This document shows, piece after piece, positions 37,635-46,457 of a DNA stretch of 64,000 nt. A program made the position numbers and the translations under genes. Below the pieces are notes generated by a model, which saw nothing but the letters and a program-made list of their open reading frames with translations, had not been told where the DNA came from and made no database searches. The stretch covers positions 2,728,445 through 2,792,444 of the forward strand of contig OZ253442.1 of NCBI GenBank assembly GCA_965261085.1, in the 5' to 3' direction. Position 1 is the stretch's first letter. Each line of letters opens with the position of its first letter. Source of the DNA: a bacterium. GTDB taxonomy: Bacteria; UBA8248.

Positions 37635-38306
37635 ATGAACACGCAACATCTAACCACCCTGCCTTCGAGCGGCCAGCCGACCTGGCTCAAAAAGATTTTC
37701 CAGGCGGGCTTTCGGCTCGCCTTCGGCGGAGTCGAGGTCCACGGCATGCACAACGTACCGCCCGATGGCCCGCTGATCGTCGCCTCTAACCACCGAAGCT
37801 ACCTCGACCCCGTGATCCTCGCCTCCTTCCTGCCGAGGCGGGTGTATCACATGGCCAAGCGCGAGTTGTTCCGCAATCCCCTGTTCGCGAGGCTGATCAC
37901 CTACTACGGCGCCTTCCCCGTGGACAGGGAGGGAACCGCGCGCGCCAGCACCTTCCGGACGGCCCTCAATCTCTTGAAACTCAACGGGGCGGTGGTGATT
38001 TTTCCCGAGGGAGGCATCGTGGATTCGACGGCCGAGGTGGAAGTGAAAGAGGGCGTCGCCACCCTCGCCGCCATGAGCCGCGCGCCCGTTCTTCCGGTCT
38101 ATATCGCGGGGTCGAACACGCTTATCAGACCGAGGGGAATCCTCGACTCCTGGCTCGTCATTCGCGTGGGCGAGGTCATCCCTCCGGCGCAAGGAAAGGG
38201 CCGGGAATACCGCAGGGAGTTCACCCAAAGCATCGCCGATGGGATATTGAAACTGGAGGCGGAGTTTTTCGCCGCGAAGAAGAGAAAGCAAGAAACGGGG
38301 GGTTGA
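37635..38306 (+). CDS. plsC: 1-acyl-sn-glycerol-3-phosphate acyltransferase
   Basis: NHRSYLDP (HX4D) and FPEGG motifs. Confidence 0.85.
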   Translation: MNTQHLTTLPSSGQPTWLKKIFQAGFRLAFGGVEVHGMHNVPPDGPLIVASNHRSYLDPVILASFLPRRVYHMAKRELFRNPLFARLITYYGAFPVDREGTARASTFRTALNLLKLNGAVVIFPEGGIVDSTAEVEVKEGVATLAAMSRAPVLPVYIAGSNTLIRPRGILDSWLVIRVGEVIPPAQGKGREYRREFTQSIADGILKLEAEFFAAKKRKQETGG

Positions 38307-38377
38307 AGTATGACGGCTGGGGAGTATTTCGCCGCCATTCCGCTAGACAGTCATATTTAGCCGAGCACCGGCAAAGT

Positions 38378-38410
38378 AAAGCCCCGCCACCTGCGTAGAG
38401 TGACGGGGCT
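38378..38410. terminator. Candidate bidirectional terminator hairpin between convergent plsC and the porin gene
   Basis: AAGCCCCGCCAC-ctgcgtaga-GTGACGGGGCTT forms a 12-bp stem with one mismatch. T-rich runs follow on both strands (TTTACTTTG on the minus strand, CATTTGTG on the plus strand). Confidence 0.45.
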
Positions 38411-38501
38411 TCATTTGTGAAGGTTATCAAGGAATAGGCAACTCTCTCGCCCTGAACGCCCCTCCATTCAAGCGGAGAACTGCAAGCCTTGAACGAAAAA
38501 C

Positions 38502-39812
38502 CTAGAAGCTATACACAAGACCCAATTGGAGGCGCGAAGCGTCGCCCTTTCTGCCGTCGTTGGTCTCACGCCAGCCTTGTATGAACTCCACACCGGCTCG
38601 CATCTTGGGTGCGGGCGACCACCAAATAGTGGCGTGTAGCGTACGCTGCGACTGGCTGAGGTCCGCAAACGTCGCCTCGGCGTCACCGTAATCGGTCTCG
38701 ACCCAGCCGTAATACAGACCCGAACTCACGGAGCTGCTCCAGTTATGCGTGAGGCCGACAAAACCGCCCATGGAGTCTACGGCCTCCAGTTCACCGCCCG
38801 TACCCAGGGTGGCGGCGGCGGTCGCCCCGACCATGTAACCCGCCAGTCCGCCCTGGCCGACGTTGAACGTGCCCCACAGGCGGGTGTCCTTGCCAAGGCC
38901 GACGTTCGCGCCGACGTGGAGGGCGGAGATCGTGAGATTTTCCTCCATCGCGCCTTCATCGTAGAGAACCTGCCCCACCAAGCCCGACACGTTAATAGCG
39001 CCCCAACTCGTTTTCAGGCGCAGAGCCCCCACAAGGTTCGGAATCCGATCTTGAGAGGACGTCTTCCCGCCGGCCATCAGAATAGTCGGAGCGTCAGGAT
39101 CCTCGAGCGCAACCTGGGCGGTGAGATTCTTCCCCATGGCCGAGGTGTAGCGCAATTGAGGCCGGCGTATGGCGGCCACGCCCACGGGCCCTTCGACATC
39201 AATCGTGTCGGCGTAGGTATTCTCATCCCCCAAGATCGACCAGTTCTGGCCCACCAGCACCCCACCCAAAGAGGCGTAGGCGTGGCGAAGGCGCAGGGCG
39301 TTGGGGGCATATAAAAAACCGGTTTCGATGCGAGTCTTGAGGTTGCCCATTTTTGTCGGCGTCAGGCTGTCGAAACGCAGGCGCGTTTGCTTGGCGTGCA
39401 TGGAGAACTTACGCTGACCACTGTCATCGCCATCCAGGAGAATGCCACTTGCGCCACCTCCGGAGTCGTAACCGAAAAAGGTATCGCCCAGATCCTGGTC
39501 GAAATCATAGATAGCGTCGAGCTTGACGTAGCCGCTGAAGGAGACCGACGTGTTGCTCCCCGGCATCTTCCAGGAACCCGGGAAGTCGCCGGTAGCCACG
39601 GCCTTTTTCTTGACGGCTTCCGCCGCGGCCTTCATATCGGCCTTCATCTTCTTCTCTCGGTCTTCGATGCCTTCGAGCCGATTCATGAGCGCCTTGATCT
39701 GCGCCTTGAGATCGTCGATCTCGCCTCCGGCAGCCGGCGCAACGAATAACGCCATGGCTGTTACACATCCAAGAAGCGCTAAACCGAAACGATTTGTCCT
39801 ATTTCTCTTCAT
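38502..39812 (-). CDS. Outer-membrane beta-barrel porin with N-terminal coiled coil (DcaP-like architecture)
   Basis: Signal peptide MKRNRTNRFGLALLGCVTAMALFVAPAAG, then the heptad-like EIDDLKAQIKALMNRLEGIEDREKKMKADMKAAAEAVKKK, then alternating beta-strand sequence ending ...LQLGLVYSF (aromatic C-terminus). Confidence 0.7.
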   Translation of the reverse strand: MKRNRTNRFGLALLGCVTAMALFVAPAAGGEIDDLKAQIKALMNRLEGIEDREKKMKADMKAAAEAVKKKAVATGDFPGSWKMPGSNTSVSFSGYVKLDAIYDFDQDLGDTFFGYDSGGGASGILLDGDDSGQRKFSMHAKQTRLRFDSLTPTKMGNLKTRIETGFLYAPNALRLRHAYASLGGVLVGQNWSILGDENTYADTIDVEGPVGVAAIRRPQLRYTSAMGKNLTAQVALEDPDAPTILMAGGKTSSQDRIPNLVGALRLKTSWGAINVSGLVGQVLYDEGAMEENLTISALHVGANVGLGKDTRLWGTFNVGQGGLAGYMVGATAAATLGTGGELEAVDSMGGFVGLTHNWSSSVSSGLYYGWVETDYGDAEATFADLSQSQRTLHATIWWSPAPKMRAGVEFIQGWRETNDGRKGDASRLQLGLVYSF

Positions 39813-40013
39813 ATTTCTGTCCCCCCGTGAGAAGTTCGGCAAAGAGTATGCTGCACATGAAGAGGCGGTTTCACGAAAACGACCTCTTCGAGTATTAAGT
39901 ATCCCTTGTGGAGCGAATAATCGGGTGGATGCCTCGCCCATCCTTACCCGCGGACGTAATCAAGCATACCTTTAAGGAAAACGTAGTACCCCGCATCAGC
40001 CTCCGAATATTCA

Positions 40014-40031
40014 AGAAAAAAGGCCGAAGCC
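40014..40031 (-). terminator. Weak mini-terminator after the xdh-like L-M operon
   Basis: The minus strand reads GGC-UUCG-GCC followed by U7, immediately after the stop at 40038. The stem is only 3 bp. Confidence 0.3.
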
Positions 40032-40037
40032 GTCAGA

Positions 40038-40904
40038 TCAGGAAGCGCCCAACGCCTTCAGGATGGTTCGCCTGATCAAGACGGGCGTCACCTGTTTCCT
40101 GTAGTCGCCGCTCGCGCGGATATCGGTCAGAGGCTCCAGGTCATCGAGGGTTTCCGCGAGCACGGCGTCGATGTTCTCCTGGTTGAGTTCCTTGCCTCGC
40201 AGACCCTCTTCCGCCGCCGTGAGGCGTCTGAACACGGCCTCCACTCCCCCTAAGCCGATTCGCACCTCTTTGGCCGTCTTGCCGTCTTCTTCGGTGAGCA
40301 CCGCGGTGGAGACGGAAACGCAGGGCTTGTCCTCTTTGGAGCGCGTGGTGAAGCGCGTGTAGGCCGTCCTGAATCCATCGGGCAGTGGGTCGACCTCGAT
40401 CGAACACAGCAACTCATCCTCATCCAACGCGCATTCGTAATATCCCGTCCAGAACTCCGTCGCGGGAATCACCCGCTCTGAGCCGTCCGCCTTTTTGGTG
40501 TTCATGCGGGCCTCAAGGGCCAGAAAAGCGCCTGGAGGATCCGATGCCGGTTCCGCAAAGCACAAGTTGCCGCCCACCGTCCCCTGGTTTCGGATGCGAA
40601 TCGTGGCCACGTTGTGGAAGATTTCCGCGAGCAGCGGGAAGCGTTCCTGAACGAGCGGGGAGAGTTCGATCTTGCGGTGCACCGTCTTCGCCCCGATGCG
40701 GACGCCGCCGTTGTCGGTTCCTTCGATGAAATCCAGATCACTCGCCCCCGCAATGTCTATCAACACCTCGGGTTCGTACACCCGCGATTTCATGAGAATC
40801 GAGAGGGCGACGCCGCCGGCGAACACTTTCCCGTCCTCGCCGTGCTCCTTCATGGCGGCGAGCGTTTCCTCCGCGCTGTTCGCGGATAGATGCCGAAAAG
40901 ACAT
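40038..40904 (-). CDS. Xanthine dehydrogenase family FAD-binding subunit (second copy)
   Basis: 288 aa with ..VFAGGVALSILM.., ..IRNQGTVGGNL.., ..DIRASGDYR... Confidence 0.85.
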   Translation of the reverse strand: MSFRHLSANSAEETLAAMKEHGEDGKVFAGGVALSILMKSRVYEPEVLIDIAGASDLDFIEGTDNGGVRIGAKTVHRKIELSPLVQERFPLLAEIFHNVATIRIRNQGTVGGNLCFAEPASDPPGAFLALEARMNTKKADGSERVIPATEFWTGYYECALDEDELLCSIEVDPLPDGFRTAYTRFTTRSKEDKPCVSVSTAVLTEEDGKTAKEVRIGLGGVEAVFRRLTAAEEGLRGKELNQENIDAVLAETLDDLEPLTDIRASGDYRKQVTPVLIRRTILKALGAS

Positions 40905-40923
40905 TTTTTATCCCCTCTCCTCG

Positions 40924-43209
40924 CTATTCACCATTTTTCTCGTTCAGGGCAGCCAACACTTTTTCCGGCGTTATCGGCAGCGACGTGATTCGTACGCCCA
41001 CGGCGTCATAGATAGCGTTCCCTATCGCCGCCGACGTTCCCAACTGCGCCATCTCGCCCAGCCCTTTCGCCCCATAGGGTCCCGAGGGATTTTCCGTCTC
41101 GATAAGCACGGCTTCGAGTTCGGGTAAATCCTGGGTCGTCGGCAGCTTGTAGTCGAGCCAGTTCGCGTTCACCGGCTGTCCGTCTTCGACTTCGAAATCC
41201 TCCATCATGGCGTAGCCCACGCCCATCAGCACGCCGCCGTCCAGTTGGCCCAGCGCGCCGGCTGGGTTCACGATGGTTCCGACGTCGTTCGTGCTGATGA
41301 CCCGCAAGACCTCGAACGCGCCGGTTTCGGTGTCCACTTCCACCTCCGCCACCTTGGCGCCGTAGGCATAGGCCGCGGACCAGTTTCCATAACCCGTCAC
41401 GGGGTCTGGCGTCTCGCTCGGCGAGTCATAAGAAGACGCCGTGTAGACGGCCTCGCTGCCCTCTTTTTCGTATATCTTCATGTAGGCTTCGCTGTGAGTC
41501 ACCTGCCGCTCGGGAGAACTGGTGACGAAAATTTTGCCCTTTCGAGCGTCCAGGTCGTTCGGGTCGCACTCGAGCAGTTCCGCCGCGCCCTTGAAGAGCA
41601 TGTTCTTCGCCTGGACCGCCGCCAGGCGCGTAGCCTCGCCGTCGATGGTCGTCGTACGGCTTCCCCGCACGCCCCACCCGTAGGGGTTCACCGCAGTATC
41701 CCCGTTGATGATACGAACATCCTCCACGCGTACACCCAACGCTTCGGCGCAAATCTGCGCGAGCGTGGTGTCCGAGCCGTTGCCCATCTCGATCGTGCCC
41801 GAGAGCAACTGCACGGTGCCGTCCTTGTTCATCTTGATGAACGCGCCCGCCGTCTCCGGTCCCATTGCGCGCGCGCCGGTGAAATGAACCGCCGCGGCCA
41901 GCCCGAAGCCGCGCTTTTTCCCGTTGCTGCTCGGTTGTTCCTGACGCCAGGGCACGCGCTTGACCGCTTCCTGTACGCACTCGGAAACACCGCAACTCGT
42001 GATCTTGGCCCCGATGATGGTGGTGTCGCCCTTCCTCACGAAGTTCTTGATGCGAAACTCCGCCGGGTCCATGCCGATTTCATCGGCGTGTTTCTCCATC
42101 GCGAGTTCAGAACCAAAGGAATAGCCGCCGTTGCCTATGCCGCGCATCGCGCCGCCGGGCGGCACGTTCGTGCAGACGACGTCGGCATGGTGGCGATAGG
42201 CCTTGTAGTTGTAGATGCTCCCGCCCATGTGCGCCGTGATGCCGCCGACCGCCGGGCCGTAATCGGAATAGCCGCCGTTTTCAACGACCATCCGGGTGTC
42301 GCGCGCCAGGAGCATGCCGTCCTTGTCCGTGGCGATGCGCCAGACGTGGAACTGCTTCGTCCGGTGGGTGCCGAGGAGGAACTCCTCTTCGCGGTCATAG
42401 TAGAATTTCACGGGAAGACCCAGCTTTTTCGCCGCGATGATCGAGAGGAAATCTATGTTGAACTTACTCGTCGCCTTTCCGCCGAACCCCCCGCCCACGT
42501 AGTTCGTGATCACGCGAATCTGGGCCTCTGGAATCTTGAGGAGCTTGGAGAAATACTGGCTCGAAAGACTCGGGCATTGCGAGGAGTTGTAGACCGTCAC
42601 GTCGCCCTTTTGCGACCATTCGGCGATGGAGACGTGCATCTCGAAAGAACCGTGCATCTGGCGCGAGGAGGACGTGGCCAACTCGCTCACGTGGTGAGCC
42701 TCGTCGAACATGCGGTCCACGTCGCCGAATTCCATGTGCTTGGTGAAGGCGATGTTATTCGGGTATCTGTCATGGATGATGGGAGCGCCCTCTTGCATCG
42801 CTTCTTTCGGATCGAAGACGGCGGGAAGATCCTCGTAGTCGACGTCGATCAGATCGAGCGCCTCTTTCGCGATGTCTTCTGAAATCGCCACGACGGCGGC
42901 CACCGAGTCGCCCACGTGTCGCACCTTGTCCGAGGCGAGGGGACGCTGATCGTAGCAAACGGGTACGACGCCCCACTCCACTTCCTCGGGGATGTCCTTG
43001 GACGTCATCACGAGTTTGACGCCGGGTAGCCTCTCGGCGCGGCTGGTGTCGATGTTCTTGATTCGCGCGTGCGGAAGTGGACTTCCCAGCAGTTTTCCGT
43101 GAAGCATTTTGGGCAACTGGAGGTCCAGGGTGTACATGGCCCGGCCCGTCACCTTTTCCGGCCCATCGACGCGAGGCACGCTTTTTCCGACGTATGAGAG
43201 TTCAGCCAT
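40924..43209 (-). CDS. Xanthine dehydrogenase/aldehyde oxidase family molybdopterin-binding large subunit
   Basis: 761 aa from ATG 43209 (GGAGG 6 nt upstream). a/b-hammerhead N-terminus (..PRVDGPEKVTGRAMY..), ..GGGFGGK.., ..GGAMRGIG.., ..GAKGLGE... It does not carry the CODH-type AYRCSFR/AYRGAGR loop. Confidence 0.9.
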   Translation of the reverse strand: MAELSYVGKSVPRVDGPEKVTGRAMYTLDLQLPKMLHGKLLGSPLPHARIKNIDTSRAERLPGVKLVMTSKDIPEEVEWGVVPVCYDQRPLASDKVRHVGDSVAAVVAISEDIAKEALDLIDVDYEDLPAVFDPKEAMQEGAPIIHDRYPNNIAFTKHMEFGDVDRMFDEAHHVSELATSSSRQMHGSFEMHVSIAEWSQKGDVTVYNSSQCPSLSSQYFSKLLKIPEAQIRVITNYVGGGFGGKATSKFNIDFLSIIAAKKLGLPVKFYYDREEEFLLGTHRTKQFHVWRIATDKDGMLLARDTRMVVENGGYSDYGPAVGGITAHMGGSIYNYKAYRHHADVVCTNVPPGGAMRGIGNGGYSFGSELAMEKHADEIGMDPAEFRIKNFVRKGDTTIIGAKITSCGVSECVQEAVKRVPWRQEQPSSNGKKRGFGLAAAVHFTGARAMGPETAGAFIKMNKDGTVQLLSGTIEMGNGSDTTLAQICAEALGVRVEDVRIINGDTAVNPYGWGVRGSRTTTIDGEATRLAAVQAKNMLFKGAAELLECDPNDLDARKGKIFVTSSPERQVTHSEAYMKIYEKEGSEAVYTASSYDSPSETPDPVTGYGNWSAAYAYGAKVAEVEVDTETGAFEVLRVISTNDVGTIVNPAGALGQLDGGVLMGVGYAMMEDFEVEDGQPVNANWLDYKLPTTQDLPELEAVLIETENPSGPYGAKGLGEMAQLGTSAAIGNAIYDAVGVRITSLPITPEKVLAALNEKNGE

Positions 43210-43503
43210 CACAACCTCCACTCGTTTGCGGCATCAAAGGGCATGCCGCAGGGCGCTTTTATGTTCTTGTCCTTTGCTTGATAATTGGATAGGTATGGCA
43301 ATTCGATCACATCGCAATCTCCCGGGAGTCGACAGAACACGATGTCACCTTCTTTGCATTCTATGAGCCTATCATAACAACTCCAGGGGCAAAACAAAAC
43401 CCCCCAAAAATCGACGACCGAGGCCCTTAAAACCCCTTCTGGGAACATCCCTACCGACTTTCTCGCCAAAAAAGTTATAAGCTTAGGAAGACCTAAAACG
43501 CCT

Positions 43504-44415
43504 TCAACAACCTATATCTCGCCTCATTGCCTGCAATGAGTCAGATGCTTTTACTCTAGCCAAGTCACCGAGAAATGTGTCAGTGATTTTTTCTTTCTGA
43601 CGTTCCGACATAGAAGCATGCTGTTCAGACTCATAATTTGCTTTAGCGTTCACATAATCGAAAAATTCACTAGGAACATTCTGGCGACCAGAAATTGTAC
43701 CGCCTTTGACGGCTACTCTCGTTCCCTGCCAGTCGCTGGGTCGATCATCGCGCAAAACTCCGAAGATGAAAAAACGAGGAAGTTTCATATAAACCATATG
43801 ACGATGGCTATTTTTTATTAAGTCTATGTGTATACTTCGCATCACATGTCGGTTGATGTTGTGTGGAATATCTCCTCCAGTGGCATTTACAGAGCCCACC
43901 AAGAATAAGTGCTGGCGAAATTGGCCCGGGTGTGGACGGAGACCAATGAGAAACTCCTTCCAAATTTTTTCAGCTCTACCAACAGACTCACGCTCTGCGT
44001 CAGAGTAATCATCCAACCCATCTCCCTCCATAAACCAACGGAGCACACGCCACGACAACGAAACGCAAAATCTTAAAAACCAAGGCCCATATCTAATTTG
44101 GGTGAGGCGATCTTCTACAAAAGGATAGAACAACTTACTCGCGAACTGCCTCTCGTTTTCACCCAAGATGCCCTCGCAAGAAGAACATAGCCAACGCTTT
44201 TTTTCACCATCTTGAACGCGCCTGTTCATTGTCTCAGCAAAACGGATATGTCCTGTTGCCGATGTCTCGCGCATCCAACGGAAAAGAAATGCAGGTAGAA
44301 CGTGACTGTTTTGTAATTCGCAATAAGAATCGCAAAGATAGCAGTTCCCTAATATCACCATATTTTCCCTCAAAACACTTAACGGAGCGTGTGAACCCGC
44401 CATGCAATATTCCAA
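43504..44415 (-). CDS. Hypothetical Cys-rich protein with an HNH/beta-beta-alpha-Me-like N-terminal motif, in a low-GC island
   Basis: 303-aa ORF. CYLCDSYCELQNSHVLPAFLF ... WLCSSCEGIL has the layout CxxC ... SH-h-h-P ... CxxC. The local GC (35-45% by hand count) is far below the flanks. The function is not established. Confidence 0.5.
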   Translation of the reverse strand: MEYCMAGSHAPLSVLRENMVILGNCYLCDSYCELQNSHVLPAFLFRWMRETSATGHIRFAETMNRRVQDGEKKRWLCSSCEGILGENERQFASKLFYPFVEDRLTQIRYGPWFLRFCVSLSWRVLRWFMEGDGLDDYSDAERESVGRAEKIWKEFLIGLRPHPGQFRQHLFLVGSVNATGGDIPHNINRHVMRSIHIDLIKNSHRHMVYMKLPRFFIFGVLRDDRPSDWQGTRVAVKGGTISGRQNVPSEFFDYVNAKANYESEQHASMSERQKEKITDTFLGDLARVKASDSLQAMRRDIGC

Positions 44416-44631
44416 AATCTAAATTATCGATCCAAACTTCGATCATTAAACATATATTACACTACACACACAGAATGAATTCTAAAATTTATACATGAGG
44501 CCATGTTCGCCACTTTGAGAAATCCTCAGTTCCGCTTTCTCCCCTTCGGCTTGTGGTGTATCATCCGCCGTATTGAACCCGAAAAATGAACTTTCGGATC
44601 ACCCCATAGACACCAAAACTGGAGTAACGCA

Positions 44632-45378
44632 ATGCCCATTCGTTTCGATTTCCAGGGCCGAAAGGTCATCCTCACGGGCGCGGCGGGCGCCATGGGAAGC
44701 CGCATCCTGCAAGGATACCTGGAAGCCGGCGCCAAGGTTTTCGCCACCGACAGGGAAGGCGAGACCTTCGGCGCAATAGACGGCCCGTCCGATCAACTCT
44801 TCAAGCTCCCCTGCGATTTGGCCGACGTGGACGCCATCCGCACCACGATGCGCACGGCTCTCGAGTGGCTGGGCGGCTGCGACGTACTGGCGAACGTGGC
44901 CGGCTACATGCCGATTCGCCCCCCGATGGAACTCGAAGAAGCGGACTGGGAGGTAGTGCTCGGCGTGAACCTGCTCGCCCCTTATTTCTGCATTCAGGAG
45001 ACCATCGAGGCGCTCAAGGCCTCTGGCACGGGACGCATCATCAGTTTCGCCTCCATCGCCGGTAAAATGGGGGGCATCGGCCCGAATCTCACCTACGCCG
45101 CCGCCAAGGCGGGCCTGCTCGCCATGACGTTCAACCTGGCGCGGGAACTCGCCAAGACGGGCGTGACGATCAACACCATTCAGCCGGGCCCGGCCGATAC
45201 GGGCCTTCACTTCCAGTCCCCGCCCGAGATGCTGGTGAACGCAGCGAACGCCCACCCTATGGGCAGGCTCACGACGCCCGAGGACGTGTGGCACACCGTC
45301 TTGTTCCTAACGAGCGAGGAGGCCGCCCACATCAACGGAGAAGCCGTGGACGTGAACGGCGGTTTCTGGACGGATTAG
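44632..45378 (+). CDS. SDR family oxidoreductase
   Basis: TGAAGAMG, a Ser ... YAAAKAG catalytic region, and ..INTIQPGP... Confidence 0.9.
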   Translation: MPIRFDFQGRKVILTGAAGAMGSRILQGYLEAGAKVFATDREGETFGAIDGPSDQLFKLPCDLADVDAIRTTMRTALEWLGGCDVLANVAGYMPIRPPMELEEADWEVVLGVNLLAPYFCIQETIEALKASGTGRIISFASIAGKMGGIGPNLTYAAAKAGLLAMTFNLARELAKTGVTINTIQPGPADTGLHFQSPPEMLVNAANAHPMGRLTTPEDVWHTVLFLTSEEAAHINGEAVDVNGGFWTD

Positions 45379-45393
45379 AAGGAGGAGAACACC

Positions 45394-46230
45394 ATGTCGA
45401 GTGACAACCCGAAAGGCTATGCGAATCCCGACCTGCTCTGGTCGGTCGAACAACTCAAAGAGCGCATGGACGACCCGAACTTAAGAATCATCGACACCCG
45501 CCCCGGCGAGCGCTACACGATGGGCCACATCCCCGGCGCGCGTCATTTCGACGTCTACGGCGTGAACAGCGATGATTCGGACGAGGCTCCGCTCAGGAAT
45601 TTCTTCTCCATGTGGGCGTTTTTGCTGGGAAACCGGGGGGTGTCGTTCGAGAACACCATCGTCTTCTACGACGACTTCGTCGGCAACACGAGCGTGCGCG
45701 GCTTCTGGATGCTGGAGCTTTTCGGCCATAAGGACGTCCACATCCTGGACGGCGGCTACGGCGCATGGGAGCGGGCGGGCTTCGAGACGACGCGGGACGC
45801 CGAAGTTCCCCGGGCCGTCCCCTTCAAAATGGCGTTCGAGCCGCACCGCCTCGCCACGCGCGAGGACGTACTGGCGGCCATCGAGGATGACAACCACATG
45901 CTGCTCGACACCCGCTCGGTAGAGGAATGGGAGGGGCGGAGCATGCGCGCCAAACGAGGAGGAATCATCCCAGGAGCCGTCTGGCAGGAGTGGCTCCAGC
46001 ACTTGACGCCCGAGGGCGAGATGAAGCCCGCGGACGAACTGAGAGCGCAGTTCGCGGCTATCGGGATCACGCCCGAAAAAGAAGTAACCGCCTACTGACA
46101 GACGGGCTACCGTGCGGCGCACGGTTACTTCGCCCTGCGGCTTCTGGATTACCCCAAAATCAGAAACTACATGAGTTCCTGGAAGGAATGGGGCAATCGC
46201 GAGGACACGCCCATCGCACAGGCCCAGTAG
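45394..46230 (+). CDS. Two-domain rhodanese (thiosulfate/3-mercaptopyruvate sulfurtransferase-like), predicted selenoprotein (TGA 46096..46098 read as Sec at the catalytic position)
   Basis: The track ORF stops at TGA 46096. The same frame continues [46 protein letters not shown](46228..46230). This gives ...EKEVTAY-U-QTGYRAA..., the canonical active-site loop C-x-x-G-x-R with TGA at the Cys. A strong AGGAGGAG SD precedes ATG 45394, and a hairpin lies 11 nt after the TGA. Confidence 0.8.
46104..46135 (+). promoter_or_regulatory. Candidate bacterial SECIS hairpin for the rhodanese UGA
   Basis: ACCGUGC-GGC-GCACGGU forms a perfect 7-bp stem (46109..46125) with a G-rich apex. It is flanked by a possible lower helix GGGC (46104..46107) / GCCC (46132..46135). 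The apex lies about 20 nt after the UGA. Confidence 0.4.
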
Positions 46231-46457
46231 AAAATCGAAGTCGCCTGCGTGTATAAATAATATGATAGATACAGGTTCACGATATAAAACTTTCACGGCC
46301 CGAAGCGTTCGACGGCCGAACTCGTCTCCGTCACGCCCTCAGGCCTGAGCACGCTCTCGCAGTATTACTGGATCGAGAAAATCGATTTGAAGAGATCCGG
46401 GAAGTAAAGCCGAGACGCTCCCCACTCGCATCATACCCCTGTTACGTCTGTGTTGGC

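Noticed and set aside
43209-43469. The 86-codon minus-strand ORF upstream of the xdh large subunit, considered as the missing 2Fe-2S small subunit.
   Set aside because: It has no C-x4-C-x2-C or C-x2-C...C ferredoxin-type motifs and is far too short. It also has low GC and a TTG start, and it overlaps the well-supported large-subunit start. I kept it only as an uncertain island ORF.
46270-46330. A possible terminator or repeat (TTCACGGCCCGAA / TTCGACGGCCGAA) after the rhodanese gene.
   Set aside because: Only short, interrupted pairings are possible (4+3 bp with bulges), and no T-tract follows. It cannot be distinguished from chance.
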